Assembly: GCF_006345805.1 (NCBI RefSeq)
Contig: NC_043021.1
Span: forward strand, 15,314,001-15,378,000
DNA from: Octopus sinensis
Taxonomy: Eukaryota
DNA: 64,000 nt
Direction of reading: 5' to 3'
The translations under genes and the position numbers were made by a program. Under the pieces are notes generated by a model. The model searched no databases, was not told where the DNA came from, and saw only the letters and a list, made by a program, of their open reading frames with translations. The first letter of the stretch is position 1. Every line of letters begins with the position of its first letter. This document shows positions 50,993-64,000 of this stretch, one piece after another.

Positions 50993-52174
50993 CACTCTCT
51001 CATACTCCCATATGTCTATATATAATCTAGTATGTATTTACTTCAATATCCAGCTTGATTCTGTTTTCATACCTGCCTTAGTTGGGGCTACATTTATTCT
51101 ATATTGTTATGTTACTGCATTAAACCAGTCCCCCACCCCATTTTATTGTGTTCTCTGCTAATCGCTTTGCACAAGATAAATATTTTTGCTTCAGTTGCAA
51201 AATATTTATTCCTGTAACCGCTGTAAATGTGTGTGTGTATGTATATGTATAAATATGTGTACATTTAAATGTATGTACATATATGTGTATACATCTGTGT
51301 GTTTGTGTGTGTGTTTATACATATATATATATATATATACATACATATACATACATATATATATACATACATACATACACATCCTGTCTCATTAATTTTG
51401 CTTTTCTTTCTTTCACTTTCATCTCAGTTTTTCACAATCCCTCTTTTTCTCTCTCAATTTAAAGATTTGGACAAATATATCTCCAAGCCAAGACTTTTCC
51501 CAATATTATAATTGGCAATCTCTAATTATATTAAAATTAATTACATTTTCAATTTTATTTCTTCTTGGGGAAAAAAAAAAAAAAAGTCCTTCTTATTAAT
51601 TTTTCTATATTTTCAAAGATGGAAAGAAAGCAAAAAATTTTGAATTTTTTAATCGTTATTTATCATTATTTATTGTTTTTGTTTTTATGAAATAAGTGGG
51701 CTGGTCCTTTATTGTGTGTTTCTGTGTATATGTGTGCCTATGTGCGTGTGTGTGTATGTGTGTGTATGCATGTGTGTGTGATTATATGTGTATGATTGTG
51801 CGTATATGTATTTGTATGTGTATGCATTCATGTGTGTGTGTGTATGTATGTGTATATATGGGCGTGTATGTGTGTATATGTTCGGATGTGTATATGTAAG
51901 AGCAAGACAACCAGATTGGTCAGTGTATTATGGAACTACCTGTTCAATTCAAATCTATTTCCACAGTTTCATTGCTATTTGGGAGAAAGAACCCCTTTAT
52001 CTCTACATTAGCGTTCCACCTCATGCTAATGAATTAATTGGTCTGCTAGAAATGATAACCAAATCTTCCTTTAATAACACCCTAAATAGAATAATGAGAT
52101 AATGTGGTCCATTGACACTTCCAAAAGACAGGATGGTGATGACAGCAATGTATCTGATCTTGATCTGTTATATA

Positions 52175-52576
52175 CTCTTTACTCTCTTTTTACTCTTTTA
52201 CTTGTTTCAGTCATTTGACTGCAGCCATGCTGGAGCACCACCTTTAGTCGAGCAAATTGACCCCGGGACTTATTCTTTGTAAGCCCAGTACTTATTCTAT
52301 AGGTCTCTTTTGCCGAACCGCTAAGTGACAGGGATGTAAACACACCAGCATCGGTTGTCAAGCAATGCTAGGGGGACAAACACATACACACACACATATA
52401 TATACATATATACGACAGGTTTCTCTCAGTTTCCGTCTACCAAATCCACTCACAAGGCATTGGTTGGCCTGGGGCTATAGCAGAAGACACTTGCCCAAGA
52501 TGCCACGTAGTGGGACTGAACCTGGAACCATGTGGTTGGTTAGCAAGCTACTTACCACACAGCCACTCCTGCACCT
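52175..52576 (-). mobile_element. Full-length SINE family A (young subfamily)
   Basis: Shares the diagnostic GGTTGGTTAGCAAGCTAC with the copies at 15497, 24585 and 38110. Confidence 0.9.
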
Positions 52577-53239
52577 GTATATCTGTATAAAAGCATATCA
52601 ACATTTGTATAAAGGCATTTCAACATGCAAATAGCAGGGAATAAAATTGTTTAGTTGCAGGTTTGCAACAGGCCAGCCATAGTTCCTCTGGACTTTTGAT
52701 AGCAAGAGTGACAAATGAGTGTCTGTAAGTTCAAGCAGAACAAATATTACAAGGGATTTAGTTTATAAAGCACTGCTTTCTTTTTTTTTTGTTCTTTGTT
52801 TTTTTGAGTGGTGTGGTTTTATTGCCAGTATTTACATCTTCCAACAAAAGTGTGTGTGTGTATTGTTAGTAGCTTGTTTACCAACCACATGGTTCCAGGT
52901 TCAGTCACACTGCATGGTACCTTGGGCATGTGTCTCCTACTATAACCTCAGGTTGACCAAAGCCTTGTGAGTGGATGTGGTAGCCAGAAACTGAAAGAAG
53001 ACTGTTGTATATATATATATATATATATTGTGTGTGTGTGTGCGTTTGTATATCTGTTTGTCCCCCCACCATTGCTTGACAAACAATGTTGGTGTGTACA
53101 TCCCCGTAACTTAGCAGTTTGACAAAAGAGACTGATAGAATAAGTACTAGACTTACAAAGAATAAGTACTGGGGTCGATTTGTTTGACTAGAGGTGGTGC
53201 TCCAGCATGGCCACAGTCAAATAGCTGATGTAAATAATA

Positions 53240-53280
<41 letters not shown>

Positions 53281-53286
<6 letters not shown>

Positions 53287-53487
53287 ATCCAAACATGAAA
53301 ACACAAAGAGAAAACACAACAACACGAGGACGTGGAACAAGTATAGTATTATTGGATGCTCAGGAAAGAAGGAAGGCATAAAGTTTCGAGCGGAGCTCTT
53401 TGTCAGAAACAGGAAAGATTCAAAGGAAAGATTCAAAGAAGGGAAGACGGAGGAAAAAAATCACCAACAGTACACACACGGTCACAT
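53281..53487 (-). mobile_element. Family E1 element; hammerhead core mutated (CUGACAA)
   Basis: Very similar to 59597-59803; (TA)n on both sides. Confidence 0.7.
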
Positions 53488-53494
53488 TATATAT

Positions 53495-53548
<54 letters not shown>

Positions 53549-54264
53549 TTTTATGTCTCTTTTTCCATGCCGGCATGGGGTGGGACTGGCCAGAGGTTTG
53601 TGCTAGGTCCTTTGCTGCTGTTTTCCATGGTCTCTACAGCTGGATGCTCTTCCTAATGCCAACCACTCAACAGCGTACTGGGTGTTTTTATAAATAGAAC
53701 TCAAAAACATACTTTTAATTTATTTCTAATAAGCAGAACAATTAGAAAATACCATTCATGAAACTTTTAGCCCTCAAGGCACTTTTCTAGCGTTTTGCCA
53801 ATTAAAAGAATAAAAAGATGTATATCATTGTCATCGTTCTCCTCCTCATTTAACATGCATGTATGTATTACTGTAGCAATATGAGTAAATACATTGTGCA
53901 CTTTATTTAAGTTACATAAAAAATGGATTTGCCATGACTCTGGTTGATATTGATTCAAAGCAATCACAAAAGAGCTATGTAAAGTTTACATAGCAAATAT
54001 TATTTTAATGTCTGGTAGTTTGCATTAAGTAGATCTCCACCCACTTAATATACCATCGATATGTATGTATGTAAACAGTGCTGAATAGGAGACTTAGTCC
54101 TTTTATCACAACATTATAAGTTACATAATCTTTACACATGTTTCACTTGCAAATCTAATTTGTTATGCAGTAGTTGTGACACAGGCATGAAACACAGTAT
54201 CTTCAAGAAAGAAAAAAATAGTAATTTAACCTATTTATACCAACTTTAGGTGGTTGACAGTGCT

Positions 54265-54299
<35 letters not shown>

Positions 54300-54781
54300 C
54301 ATCATCATCGTTTAACGTCCGTTCTCCATGCTAGCATGGGTTGGACGGTTCGACCGGGGATCTGGGAAGCCAGAAGGCTGCACCAGGCTCCAGTCTTATC
54401 TGGCAATGTTTCTACAGCTGGATGCCCTTCCTAACGCCAACCACTCCGTGAGTGTAGTGGGTGCTTTTTACGTGCCACCTGCACAGGTGCCAGGCAATAT
54501 ATAGGGAGAGAGAGAGAAATAATGATCAAATAACACCTGGGTTCCTCTTATACTAACTCTTCGCAGACTTGGTCCTTGGTAAAGATTTCAGAGTGCGAGT
54601 TCAAATCATTTGAGTGCTATTGTTTTCTATATCGAATGTCTCTGGATCTCATCTGTTGAGTGCATGTGTGTGTGTGTACATACATACATACATACACATA
54701 TATGTACACACATACACACCACATATATTCTCCCCTTCTTCCTAGTTCTCCCATGTGACCCCTCTGTCCAGCATTTGCCAT

Positions 54782-54953
54782 GATAGATCGCTGGCCACTA
54801 AACCCTTTTTATTTTCTCTCCCTATTTATTTCTGTGTTCCTTTCTATCAAAGAGCATAGGCTCAAAACGTTAAAGACTTTTTCACTTCCGGAGTGTTAAA
54901 CTAATACATTTGTTTGTTTTTTACACACCCGTCTTTTGTTTTTTTGTAAATTC

Positions 54954-54958
<5 letters not shown>
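54782..54958 (+). mobile_element. Family E2 element; core decayed, helices I and II retained
   Basis: CTTT-CTATCAA-A-GAGC(ATAG)GCTC-AAAA-CGTT/AAAG, followed by (TA)n. Confidence 0.65.
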
Positions 54959-55003
<45 letters not shown>

Positions 55004-55232
55004 GTGTGTGTGTTTGTGTCTATGTATACACATAATGTTGGTCTTCTGTACAGTTTACATCAATTTGGTTTTCAAGCTTTTTGGTGAGGGTCCAAATTTC
55101 AGCACCATATAACAAAACCAACTCAAGTGTGGAGACAAACCACTTAATTTTCAATTTACGTGCCATCTAGATTTTACACAGTTTGTGACACACACTCCAG
55201 ACAAGTGCCTTTCACAAAGCAAAGTCCTTTAA

Positions 55233-55451
55233 CCCTTTAGTGTTCAGATTATTCTATCAAACATAATGCTTATTGATTCCCATTGACTTGAATTAATCAT
55301 GCATTATCTCATATCTTCAAGATCTTGATGGTGTAATTACTTAATGTAGAATAACATTGTAGGGTAGGTGTGAGGGCCTGGATCTGGTCAGTTTGAACAT
55401 AAAACAGATTAAATATTTTGGCCAGATATGGCCGGTTTAAATACTAAAGGG
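55233..55451 (-). mobile_element. piggyBac-type MITE family H
   Basis: TTAA|CCCTTTAGT ... ACTAAAGGG|TTAA: 9-bp TIR and TTAA TSD. Confidence 0.85.
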
Positions 55452-55804
55452 TTAATGAGCCACAGACTACTACCATTTTGATATCTATGCTTGTTTTGCT
55501 GAGAACATGGGGTACATTCTTGAGATCCATTCCAGAGAAGCCTGATATGTGTAGAACAGAGGATATTTCTCTTTGTGTCATTGCAGTGATATCCATGCTG
55601 ATATCTGTGCAGAAGTTTTCTCATTGGTTAACGATGGTAAAATAATGTAGGTTAGGCAAAAATGGTAAGAAAACATTTTGAATTAATGGTAATGATACAG
55701 CAAGGGGAAAGTAAAATGGTTCTTAAATTTATTGCATTTGCCATATATACGTATACGCATGCATATATAAAAGCAAACACATACATGCACGCACATACAC
55801 ACAC

Positions 55805-55865
<61 letters not shown>

Positions 55866-56429
55866 TGCACTCACACAGACACGAACATTTGCATACACAC
55901 ACACGTATATATACAAGCAAACTTACATATGCATGTGCTTACATGCATATATGCCTCCTTACATGCACATATTTACACATGCACATATGCATGTGTGCTC
56001 ACACACGCACACACATATATATATGCATGCACATACACACACACATGCATCATCTCCCCCTCCCTCCCTCATAAACATTTGAATAACTCACTTAAGGTTT
56101 CAGTTACTCAGCTCTATTCACATACCTGACTTTGGAGCAAAACAGCATAGAAGATAACCTGGCTAACCACCATCACCACCACCACCACCACCACCACCAC
56201 CACTAACAACATCAAAATACCATCAAAATGGTATTTGGTAGAAAAAATCAATAATATGTGATTTTTTTTTTTTGTATGAATACTGTCTTTATTGTCGTTT
56301 TACACTAAGGCAACATTAGAAAAAAAATAAATAAATAAGTGAAAGGAAAGAAAACCTGAAAAGGATGACAGTTTCATCTTAGTTAAATATTCTGTTTGGT
56401 GGCCATCGTTTGTTTCCAGTTTACAATAA

Positions 56430-56663
56430 TCCTTTCTGTTATAGGCACAAGGCCCCTGAAATTTTAAGGGATGGCACTGGTTGAATCATATTGATCCCAG
56501 TGCTTAACTGATATTTATTTTATTTACCCAAAAAGGATGAAAAGCATAATTGACTTTGGTGAAATTTGAACTCGGAACATAAAGACAGATGACATACCTC
56601 TAAGCATTTTGTCCAGTGTGCTAGCTGTTCTGCCAGCTGGTTAGTTAACAACAACAACAACAC

Positions 56664-56706
<43 letters not shown>

Positions 56707-58463
56707 TTCAAATTTTGGCACCAGGCCAGTAATTTTGGTGGGTGCAGGGTGGGGGATGGTCAATTACATTGACCCTAGTGCTTTACTGGTACTTAATATA
56801 TTGACTCGCAAAAGGATGAAAAGCAAAGTCAGCTTTGGTGCAATTGGAACTCAGAATGCGAAGAGAGGAAATGCTACTTAGCATTTTGTCTGTCATGCTA
56901 ATGATTCCGCCAGCTGGCCAGTTAGTAATAATGATAATAGTAATAATGATAATAATAATAATAATAATGAAGATGATAATCCTTTTTACTATAGGCACAA
57001 GGCCTGAAATTTTGGGAGAGGGAGCTAGTCAATTACATCGACCCCAGTGCTCAACTGGTACTTATTTCATCAACCCCGAAAGGAAGAAAGGCAAAGTTGA
57101 TCTCAGCAGGATTTGAACTCAGAGCATAAAGATGGATGAAACGCCGCTAAGCATTTTGTCCAGCGTGATAATGATTCTGCCAGCTTGCCACCTTAATAAT
57201 AATAATTTTAAATTTTGCCACAAGGGCAGCTATTTTGTGGGAAGGGGATGTGTCGATTACATCAACCCCAGTCGTCAACTGGTACTTGATGTATCGACCC
57301 CGAAAGGATGAAAGGCAAAGCCGACCTCGGTGGAATTTGAACTCAGAATGTAGAATGATAATAATTGAAGTTCACTTGACTAAAAAACAAATCCTTAAGA
57401 TGTCTAGAACGAGGTTTCAGATAGATCACCTTAAATTTCTGCACATTATTGCAATTTATGTTGGTAGTTTACAGATTGTTTGATTGTACTATTGATGCGC
57501 TGGTTGTTTCCATACTGTTCAATCAATAAGTATTTATTTTTAAGCTGTATTCACGTTCTCCCAGCTTCCCACTCTCTCCCTTGCCACTCCCCCATCATAC
57601 GAAGAAAATTACTCGCTGCTTAAAAGACCTCCTGTAATTTTTTCTAACAAATATTCATACCTTCATTGATGAATCTACACCATCGGCTGATTAATTCTAC
57701 ACGATCATCATCATGATCATCATCATCATTATTTAAGGCAGTGAGTTGGCTGAATGGTTACTGTGCCGGGCAAAATGCTTAACGGCATTTTGTCTGTCTT
57801 TACATTCTGAGTTCAAATTCTGCCAATGTTGACTTTGCCTTTCATCCTTTTGGGGGTCGATGAAATAAGTACCTGTTGAGCGCCGGGAACGATTTAATCG
57901 ACTAGCCCCTTCCGCTCCCCTAAATTTCAGGCCTTGTGCCTATAGTAGAAAAGATTATTATTATGATTGGTGGACATTAAATGATGATGATGATTATTAT
58001 TATTATTATTATTTAATGCAGCGAACTGGCTGAATCAGTACCACACATGTCAAAATGCTTAACGGCATTTCATCTGTCCCTACAGCCTGAGTTCAAATTC
58101 CACTGAGGTTGACTTTGCCTTTCTTCCTTTCAGAGTCAATGAATTAAGAACTGGTTGAGCACTGGGACTGATGTAATCAACTTTCCCCCTCCCCACCCAA
58201 ATTTATATATATTATATATATATATATATATATATTTCTTTACTACCCACAAGGGGCTAAACACAGAGGGGACAAACAAGGACAGACAAAGGGATTAAGT
58301 CGATTACATCGACCCCAGTGCGTAACTGGTACTTAATTTATCGACCCCGAAAGGATGAAAGGCAAAGTTGACCTCGGCGGAATTTGAACTCGGAATTTAA
58401 TGACAGACAAAATACGGCTACGCAGGTCGCCCGGCTTGCTAACGTTTCTGCCAGCTCGCCGCC
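56430..58463. mobile_element. Cluster of seven family B SINEs (4 minus in tandem, 2 plus, 1 minus)
   Basis: Copies at ~56430, 56705, 56978, 57205 (minus), 57735, 58017 (plus) and 58234 (minus), mostly separated by (AAT)n, (ATT)n or (TA)n tracts. Confidence 0.85.
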
Positions 58464-59018
58464 TTTTATATATATAGGTTATACTAAATGTCTGAAAAAG
58501 ATATAAGCAGTAGCAATACGGAATTGTAACATATAATTGCCAACAGGGCTATAAACGTCAGTAATACTGTCCTGTATAGGACACCAAACTTGGTTGGCAA
58601 TTATATATATATATATAAATTATATATATATTTTATAAATATATATATATAAATTATAAATATTATTACAATACAATAGTATTATTATCCAGCTAAATAA
58701 AGCACCGTAAAGGTAGAATTATTTCTCTGACATTCTTCTTAGAGGTAAGACGAAAATTTTTTGTTCGCCTCCAGCACACATCTTTGCCTCTATACATTAA
58801 GTGAAGGTCTACCCATCATCGAACAGTTATTGACTGCTATTTCCATTTAAAATTGGTACCTTGTTGTGCCACTATTTCATAATGGTAATTCCAAAGAACA
58901 TCAGCAGCAGAAACAGCTGTTAGATGGGATGCAGTCTTTTTGTAATTCATTAACAAATGATAATTGATGCAAATCAATTGTTGTTCATCAAGGTTATTTC
59001 CATTTTCTGTTTCAATTC

Positions 59019-59076
<58 letters not shown>

Positions 59077-59497
59077 AGTGGCTGTGTGGTAAGTAGCTAG
59101 CTTACCAACCACATGGTTCCAGGTTCAATCCCTATGTTGACCATAGCATTGTGAGTGGATTTGGTAGACGGAAACTGAAAGAAGCCTTTCGTGTATATAT
59201 GTATATATATATATGGGTGTGTGTGTGTCTGTGTTTGTCCTTCCACCATCGCTTGACAACCAATGCTGGTGTGTTTATGTCCCTGTAATTTTGCAGTCCA
59301 GCTAAAAAGACTGATAGAATAAATAATAAGTGTAGGCATGGGTGTGTGGTTAAGCTTGCTTCCAAACCACATTGTTTTGGGTTCAGTCCCACTGTGTGAT
59401 ACCTTGGGTAAGTGTCGTTTACTATAGCCTTGGGCCAACCAAAGCCTTGTGAGTGGATTTGGTAGACAGAAACTGTTAGAAGCCAGTTGTGTGTGTG

Positions 59498-59539
<42 letters not shown>

Positions 59540-59566
59540 ACACAGATGTGTGTATGTACTCTTGAT

Positions 59567-59596
<30 letters not shown>

Positions 59597-59598
<2 letters not shown>

Positions 59599-59803
59599 TA
59601 ATCCAAACATGAAAGCACAAAAAAAAAAACACAACAACACGAGGACGTGGAACAAGTATAGTATTATTGGATGCTCAGGAAAGAAGGAGGGTTTAACATT
59701 TCGAGCGGGGCTCTTCGTCAGAAACATAGGAGAAGGAAAGATCCAGAGAAGGGAAGACAGAGGAAAAAAATTTGCCAACGGTACACACGCGGTCGATGTC
59801 ACA
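59597..59803 (-). mobile_element. Family E1 element
   Basis: Homologous to 17383-17592 and 53281-53487; abuts (TA)n. Confidence 0.7.
59691..59725 (-). ncRNA. Minimal type I hammerhead ribozyme motif
   Basis: GUUU-CUGACGA-A-GAGC(CCC)GCUC-GAAA-UGUU/AAAC. Loop II differs from the 17458 copy while helices I and II are unchanged. Confidence 0.7.
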
Positions 59804-61884
59804 TGAATGTTGTAAATGAGCATCACCCTTATATAAGCAATATCATTCATTTCTAGTCACCTGCGAGAAATAAGAGAAATACATTGCCATGGGAAAGTTT
59901 TACCTTGCTTGGAAACAGTTGAGGATTGATGACGGGAAGGGCATCCAGCCATAGAAAATATGCCTTGACAAATTCCATCTGACTCGTAGAAGCGAGGAAA
60001 AGTGCACATTAAATGAAGAAGATAATTGATGATACATGTGTGTGTGTGTATCTATCTATTTATCTGTCTACCTATCTATCTATCACTCTATCTTCTAATG
60101 TATTCATAGGTGCATTTTCTATGAATATTTACTGAGTTTGTTGCTCTTTTTAATGAATTGACTTGGAAGCCTACATCAGAGTACAATTTCTGATTTCTGA
60201 ATGCCTACCACTTTTTTTAATTTTCTTTTCTTTTTTTTTTTTTTTTTTTTTTTTCCCCAATATAGAGACTCACCTAGTTTTTCCCCTCCAATTTCTGATG
60301 TTTAATCTACGGGACTTGCCACAATTTACCTTTGTCTATTGTTGTTGTTATTTCAGTAATGTTTTGGTTCGGAATAATAATATTATTCTCTCCCTCCCTT
60401 TATCACCTATATCCCTCTCTTTTCCCCTCTCTCCTTCTCTCTCCGGATATCGATTGGTACTTATTCTTACTGCAGGCGAGTAATGAAAGAATGTGTGTTA
60501 ATGTACCTTTGTGTGCATGTGTATATATAAGCCCATGAGTGTGTAATATATCTTCGAGTGTTCATATATGTAATACGTGTGTGTGTGTGTGTGTTGTATG
60601 ATGTATGTACATTATGTATGTGTATGTTCACAAGGTTTTGAATTTTATAAGTTGGTTTGATCTTTGTTCTATTAAAATGTAACCTACTGAAAAAATAATA
60701 ATATAATGTTTGCATTAACACAGCGAAAATTTACAGCCATTCACTAAACACTACCACTGCTGCTACTGCTCCTGCTGCTGCTACAATGCTAGTATAGCTA
60801 GTACTAAATCAGTCATGAATCTACAGGAAAATAACAAATACTACACACACACACACACACACACACCACACACACACACATATTATAATCGAAATAGGAA
60901 CTTTATAAATATATATCAGTAAAAACAAGAACACACACAAGCAGGCACACTCATACACACACACACAGACACACACACACTTATAAACGTATATTAGTAA
61001 AAACAGGAACGCACACACACACACATACACACACACACACAACCTGCATTTTAATAGATATATTAATAGAAAGAAGAAAAGGTATACATACAAACATTTC
61101 AATACAAGAACAACATAAGATATATATATGTATAGATATACACCTACTTCAAAGGAACAAGAACACAGACATACAATAGATTTCTGTATAAGTCAACAGA
61201 ATAGCTGTGCAGGCTTTCAACCCGCTAATAACAGCGCCTAAATTTCCCTCAAATTACACTACTATCTTAAAAACGAACACATTGTGTAATGTGGTTCTGG
61301 ATATATCTGAAACCCAAAAGACTGAATGGTCATGACTGGAATGCTTTTGATCACAGGCTTGCTTGCCTGGGGCTAAACAACAAAGGCAATAATAGATCAA
61401 AGTCTTTATTTTATATTTTCTTTGTTATTTTCGTAATAGTTTGGTTTGGTGGAAGAGGCTGTGTGTATATCCATTGTAGGCCCTCAAAGATCTGTGGGAA
61501 CTAGCTTGTGATCTTCTTGGACAAAACATGGTCCAGAGAGAATTCTAGGGGAGGGACCTACTTAGGAGGTAGGGCAGGTCAAGGTGAGTTTGTGTTTGTG
61601 TGTAGGGGGAGGGCTGGTAGTAGATGATGCAGTATGGGTTATGAGAGATGACAGGGGTTAGGGGTGTTGAGACCAGCCAGGTTAAAGGAACAAAGGTCAC
61701 TAGTAATGATTGACAGGGAGTGCAATGACTCAAGCACACCTGTGTGGATGAATGATTTTGATAACCAGTCAGTTGGGCGGCCTCTTTTGGAGGGGATGCA
61801 GTTTAAAACTCCTGTGTGTGTAGTAGCAGCAGTATCCAAGATGTGGGAGTTGTAATGCTATGTGACATCTGAGGAATTATATTT

Positions 61885-62130
61885 AAACCCTTTCATTACC
61901 ATATTCCTGTTGAAATCCGTTGCCCTTGTTTCAATTAGTTTTGAAAATAATGCAGAATTAATTGAAACGAGTTTGTCATTGTTAAGCTGGGCTTGGATCA
62001 AATTCCCATGAAATTTTGGTGGTAGATTTTAATTTGGATCAGTTTTAAACAGGAAATTCATTCGATATATTATCATAGATTGAAGGGCAGTCTCAGTGGG
62101 GGGGGGGGGGGGTTGATGTAAAAAGGGTTA
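61885..62130 (+). mobile_element. MITE family G, full length
   Basis: AACCCTTT ... AAAGGGTT termini and the family body. Confidence 0.75.
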
Positions 62131-62921
62131 GACTTACCTGTACTTTCATTTCTTACTTAAGTGACTGAATCCAGCATAAATAGCCGGTACTTGGTGTTGG
62201 TACAACAACAAAGCTATTGAATGTATTTTGATATTTACAAAATTCAATATCTTCATGTGCGCACACCCCACTCCCATCTCAGTCAAACCATCTAACCCAT
62301 GATGATGATATATAGGCTGAAGCACTTAAAATGATATGCACACACATATATGTTGGTATATATATGCATGTATATATATATATATTTCTACATACATTTA
62401 TACATGCACACATACACATACATGGCATAATAGTTAATTTAATGATAACATTTAATGCAGGGACCCTAGGGACCCTTGAAAACCTAACTACCCTAACACC
62501 TCATGCAGTTAACTCCACCAGTTGGTTTATTGCTGCCTTTTAGCAGGGTTCATTCTGTGGCAGGTATTCCAACCAGAACCCTTGTTTCCTACCTTGCCCC
62601 CCTTATTTCCCAGCGCAGATGCCGTGGTTGGACATCAGCCACATCACTTAGCGGCCCACTTGTTTGGGGAGTAGCGGCAGGAGAAAAAGCTATTATTGCT
62701 TTTGTTATTCCTCTTCTTGGCAAACCTATACAGACTTACCACTTAACAATGTCTAATGAAAGATTTCACAAAGTATTAACTATTGATAATTGTTATTTTA
62801 TTGTTTGGTTGGGCTTTTGGTTACTTTTTTTCTTTTATTGTTTCTAGCTTTAATAACTTAATGTATATATGTTGCACATGTGTGAGCATGCACATTCACT
62901 CACATTTGTACTTCTTTCCCC

Positions 62922-62939
<18 letters not shown>

Positions 62940-62955
<16 letters not shown>

Positions 62956-63225
62956 AGTCTCTCTCTTTCTATCTTTCTCTGTCCCCCTCTCTCTGACAGT
63001 CTCTCTCTTTCTATCTTTCTCTGTCCCCCTCTCTCTGACAGTCTCTCTCTTTCTATCTTTCTCTGTCCCCCTCTCTCTGACAGTCTCTTCCTTCCTATCT
63101 TTCTCTGCCCCCCTCTCTCTGACGGTCTCTCTCTGACAGTCTCTCTCTGACAGTCTCTCTCTCTGACAGTCTCTCTCTTTCTATCTTTCTCTGCCTCCCT
63201 CTCTCTGACAGTCTCTCTCTTTTCC
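62940..63225. repeat. 42-bp CT-rich minisatellite
   Basis: GAC(A/G)GTCTCT starts at 62953, 62995, 63037, 63079 and 63121, followed by shorter units. Confidence 0.9.
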
Positions 63226-63699
63226 TGCCACTCTCCTGGTCTCCGACTCTCCCCCTCTCTCTCCATTCTCATAATTAATTGTTTGACTGTAAAAAACATA
63301 ATTCTGTCAATGACTACAGTACATATTTGATCATTAAATGTCTGTTGATTTTTTTAGAAAAAAACTGTGTCATAGAAGTAAAGTGCATTCAGTTTTTCTA
63401 TGGAGCATTATTACATGTGGCCATAGGTTTTGGATTGTAAAAAAAAAAAAAACAAAACAAAAAAGACAATGGATTTGGATTATTTAAAAAAAAACAACTG
63501 ATTGTCTGCTTCTTGCATCGTAGCCCAACAATTGAAAAATCTGTGGCTTTGAAGGAAACAAAGATAATACACTGATGTGTCCTTCTTTTGTAATTTCATT
63601 CATGTGTGAGATGGGTTATAATTGCCATCATCACAATCACCATCATTGTCTGTTTTCCATGCCGGCGTGGGTTGGATGGTTTGAAAGGAACTAATAAGC

Positions 63700-64000
63700 A
63701 TCAGGCTCACAATCATGAGGTAGTGAGTTCGATTCCCAGGCCGGGCTGTGAATTGTGTTCTTGAGCAAGACACTTTATTTTCACGTTGTTCTGGTTCATT
63801 CTTTGCGAGCCCATGAAGGGGGATCTTAGTGAGTTCAATTCCTGGACTGGGCTGTGTGTTGTGTTCTTGAGCAAGACACTTTATTTTCATGTTGCTTTGG
63901 TTCACTTGTTGCAATCCCATGGTCATTCATGACCAAAGGGGGATCTTAGTGAGTTCAATTCCTAGACGTGCTGTGAGTTGTGTTCTTGAGCAAGACACTT
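63700..64000 (+). repeat. Tandem array of internally deleted C'' SINE units (~106-120 bp), running off the window
   Basis: TAGTGAGTTC(G/A)ATTCC...TTGTGTTCTTGAGCAAGACACTT starts at 63721, 63827 and 63947. Confidence 0.8.

Noticed and set aside
58725-58750. Additional AG/GT juxtapositions (TTAG-AG|GTAAGA at 58744; TGCAG|GCGAGT at 60475; TTTCAG|GTACAA at 7470)
   Set aside because: Short pyrimidine tracts, weak donors, or location within a SINE tail; such matches are expected by chance.

Overview
AT-rich, repeat-dense eukaryotic non-coding DNA, either a very long intron or intergenic. The repeat content (tRNA-headed SINEs with CORE-like or Meta/MESC-like middle domains, TTAA and hAT MITEs, and many (TA)n, (CA)n and (CAT)n tracts) looks like an octopus or other coleoid cephalopod genome; that assignment is inference from recalled repeat families, not a search. 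No host protein-coding gene is supported. Nearly all listed ORFs are read-throughs of microsatellites or SINEs, and the only recognisable protein sequence is a decayed RTE-clade LINE 3' fragment (~40655-41460, minus strand). The main unexplained signal is a set of ~200-bp dispersed elements that abut (TA)n tracts and carry minimal type I hammerhead ribozyme folds of the Penelope/retrozyme kind. There are at least four variants: a canonical CUGACGA core (17458, 59691), a recurring CUGUAGA core (38629, 40511), a GUC form with a longer helix III (20264), and two copies with a swapped G3-C8 core inside a ~280-bp inverted repeat (50027-50159). Other points: a consensus polypyrimidine-AG|GTAAGT candidate recursive splice site (48346/48347); a hAT element with perfect TIRs and an 8-bp TSD that encloses a LINE fragment and a hammerhead element; a 1.78-kb near-identical tandem duplication; and inverted SINE clusters able to form dsRNA. 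All alignments and folds were done by eye; repeat boundaries are approximate unless a TSD or TIR is quoted.
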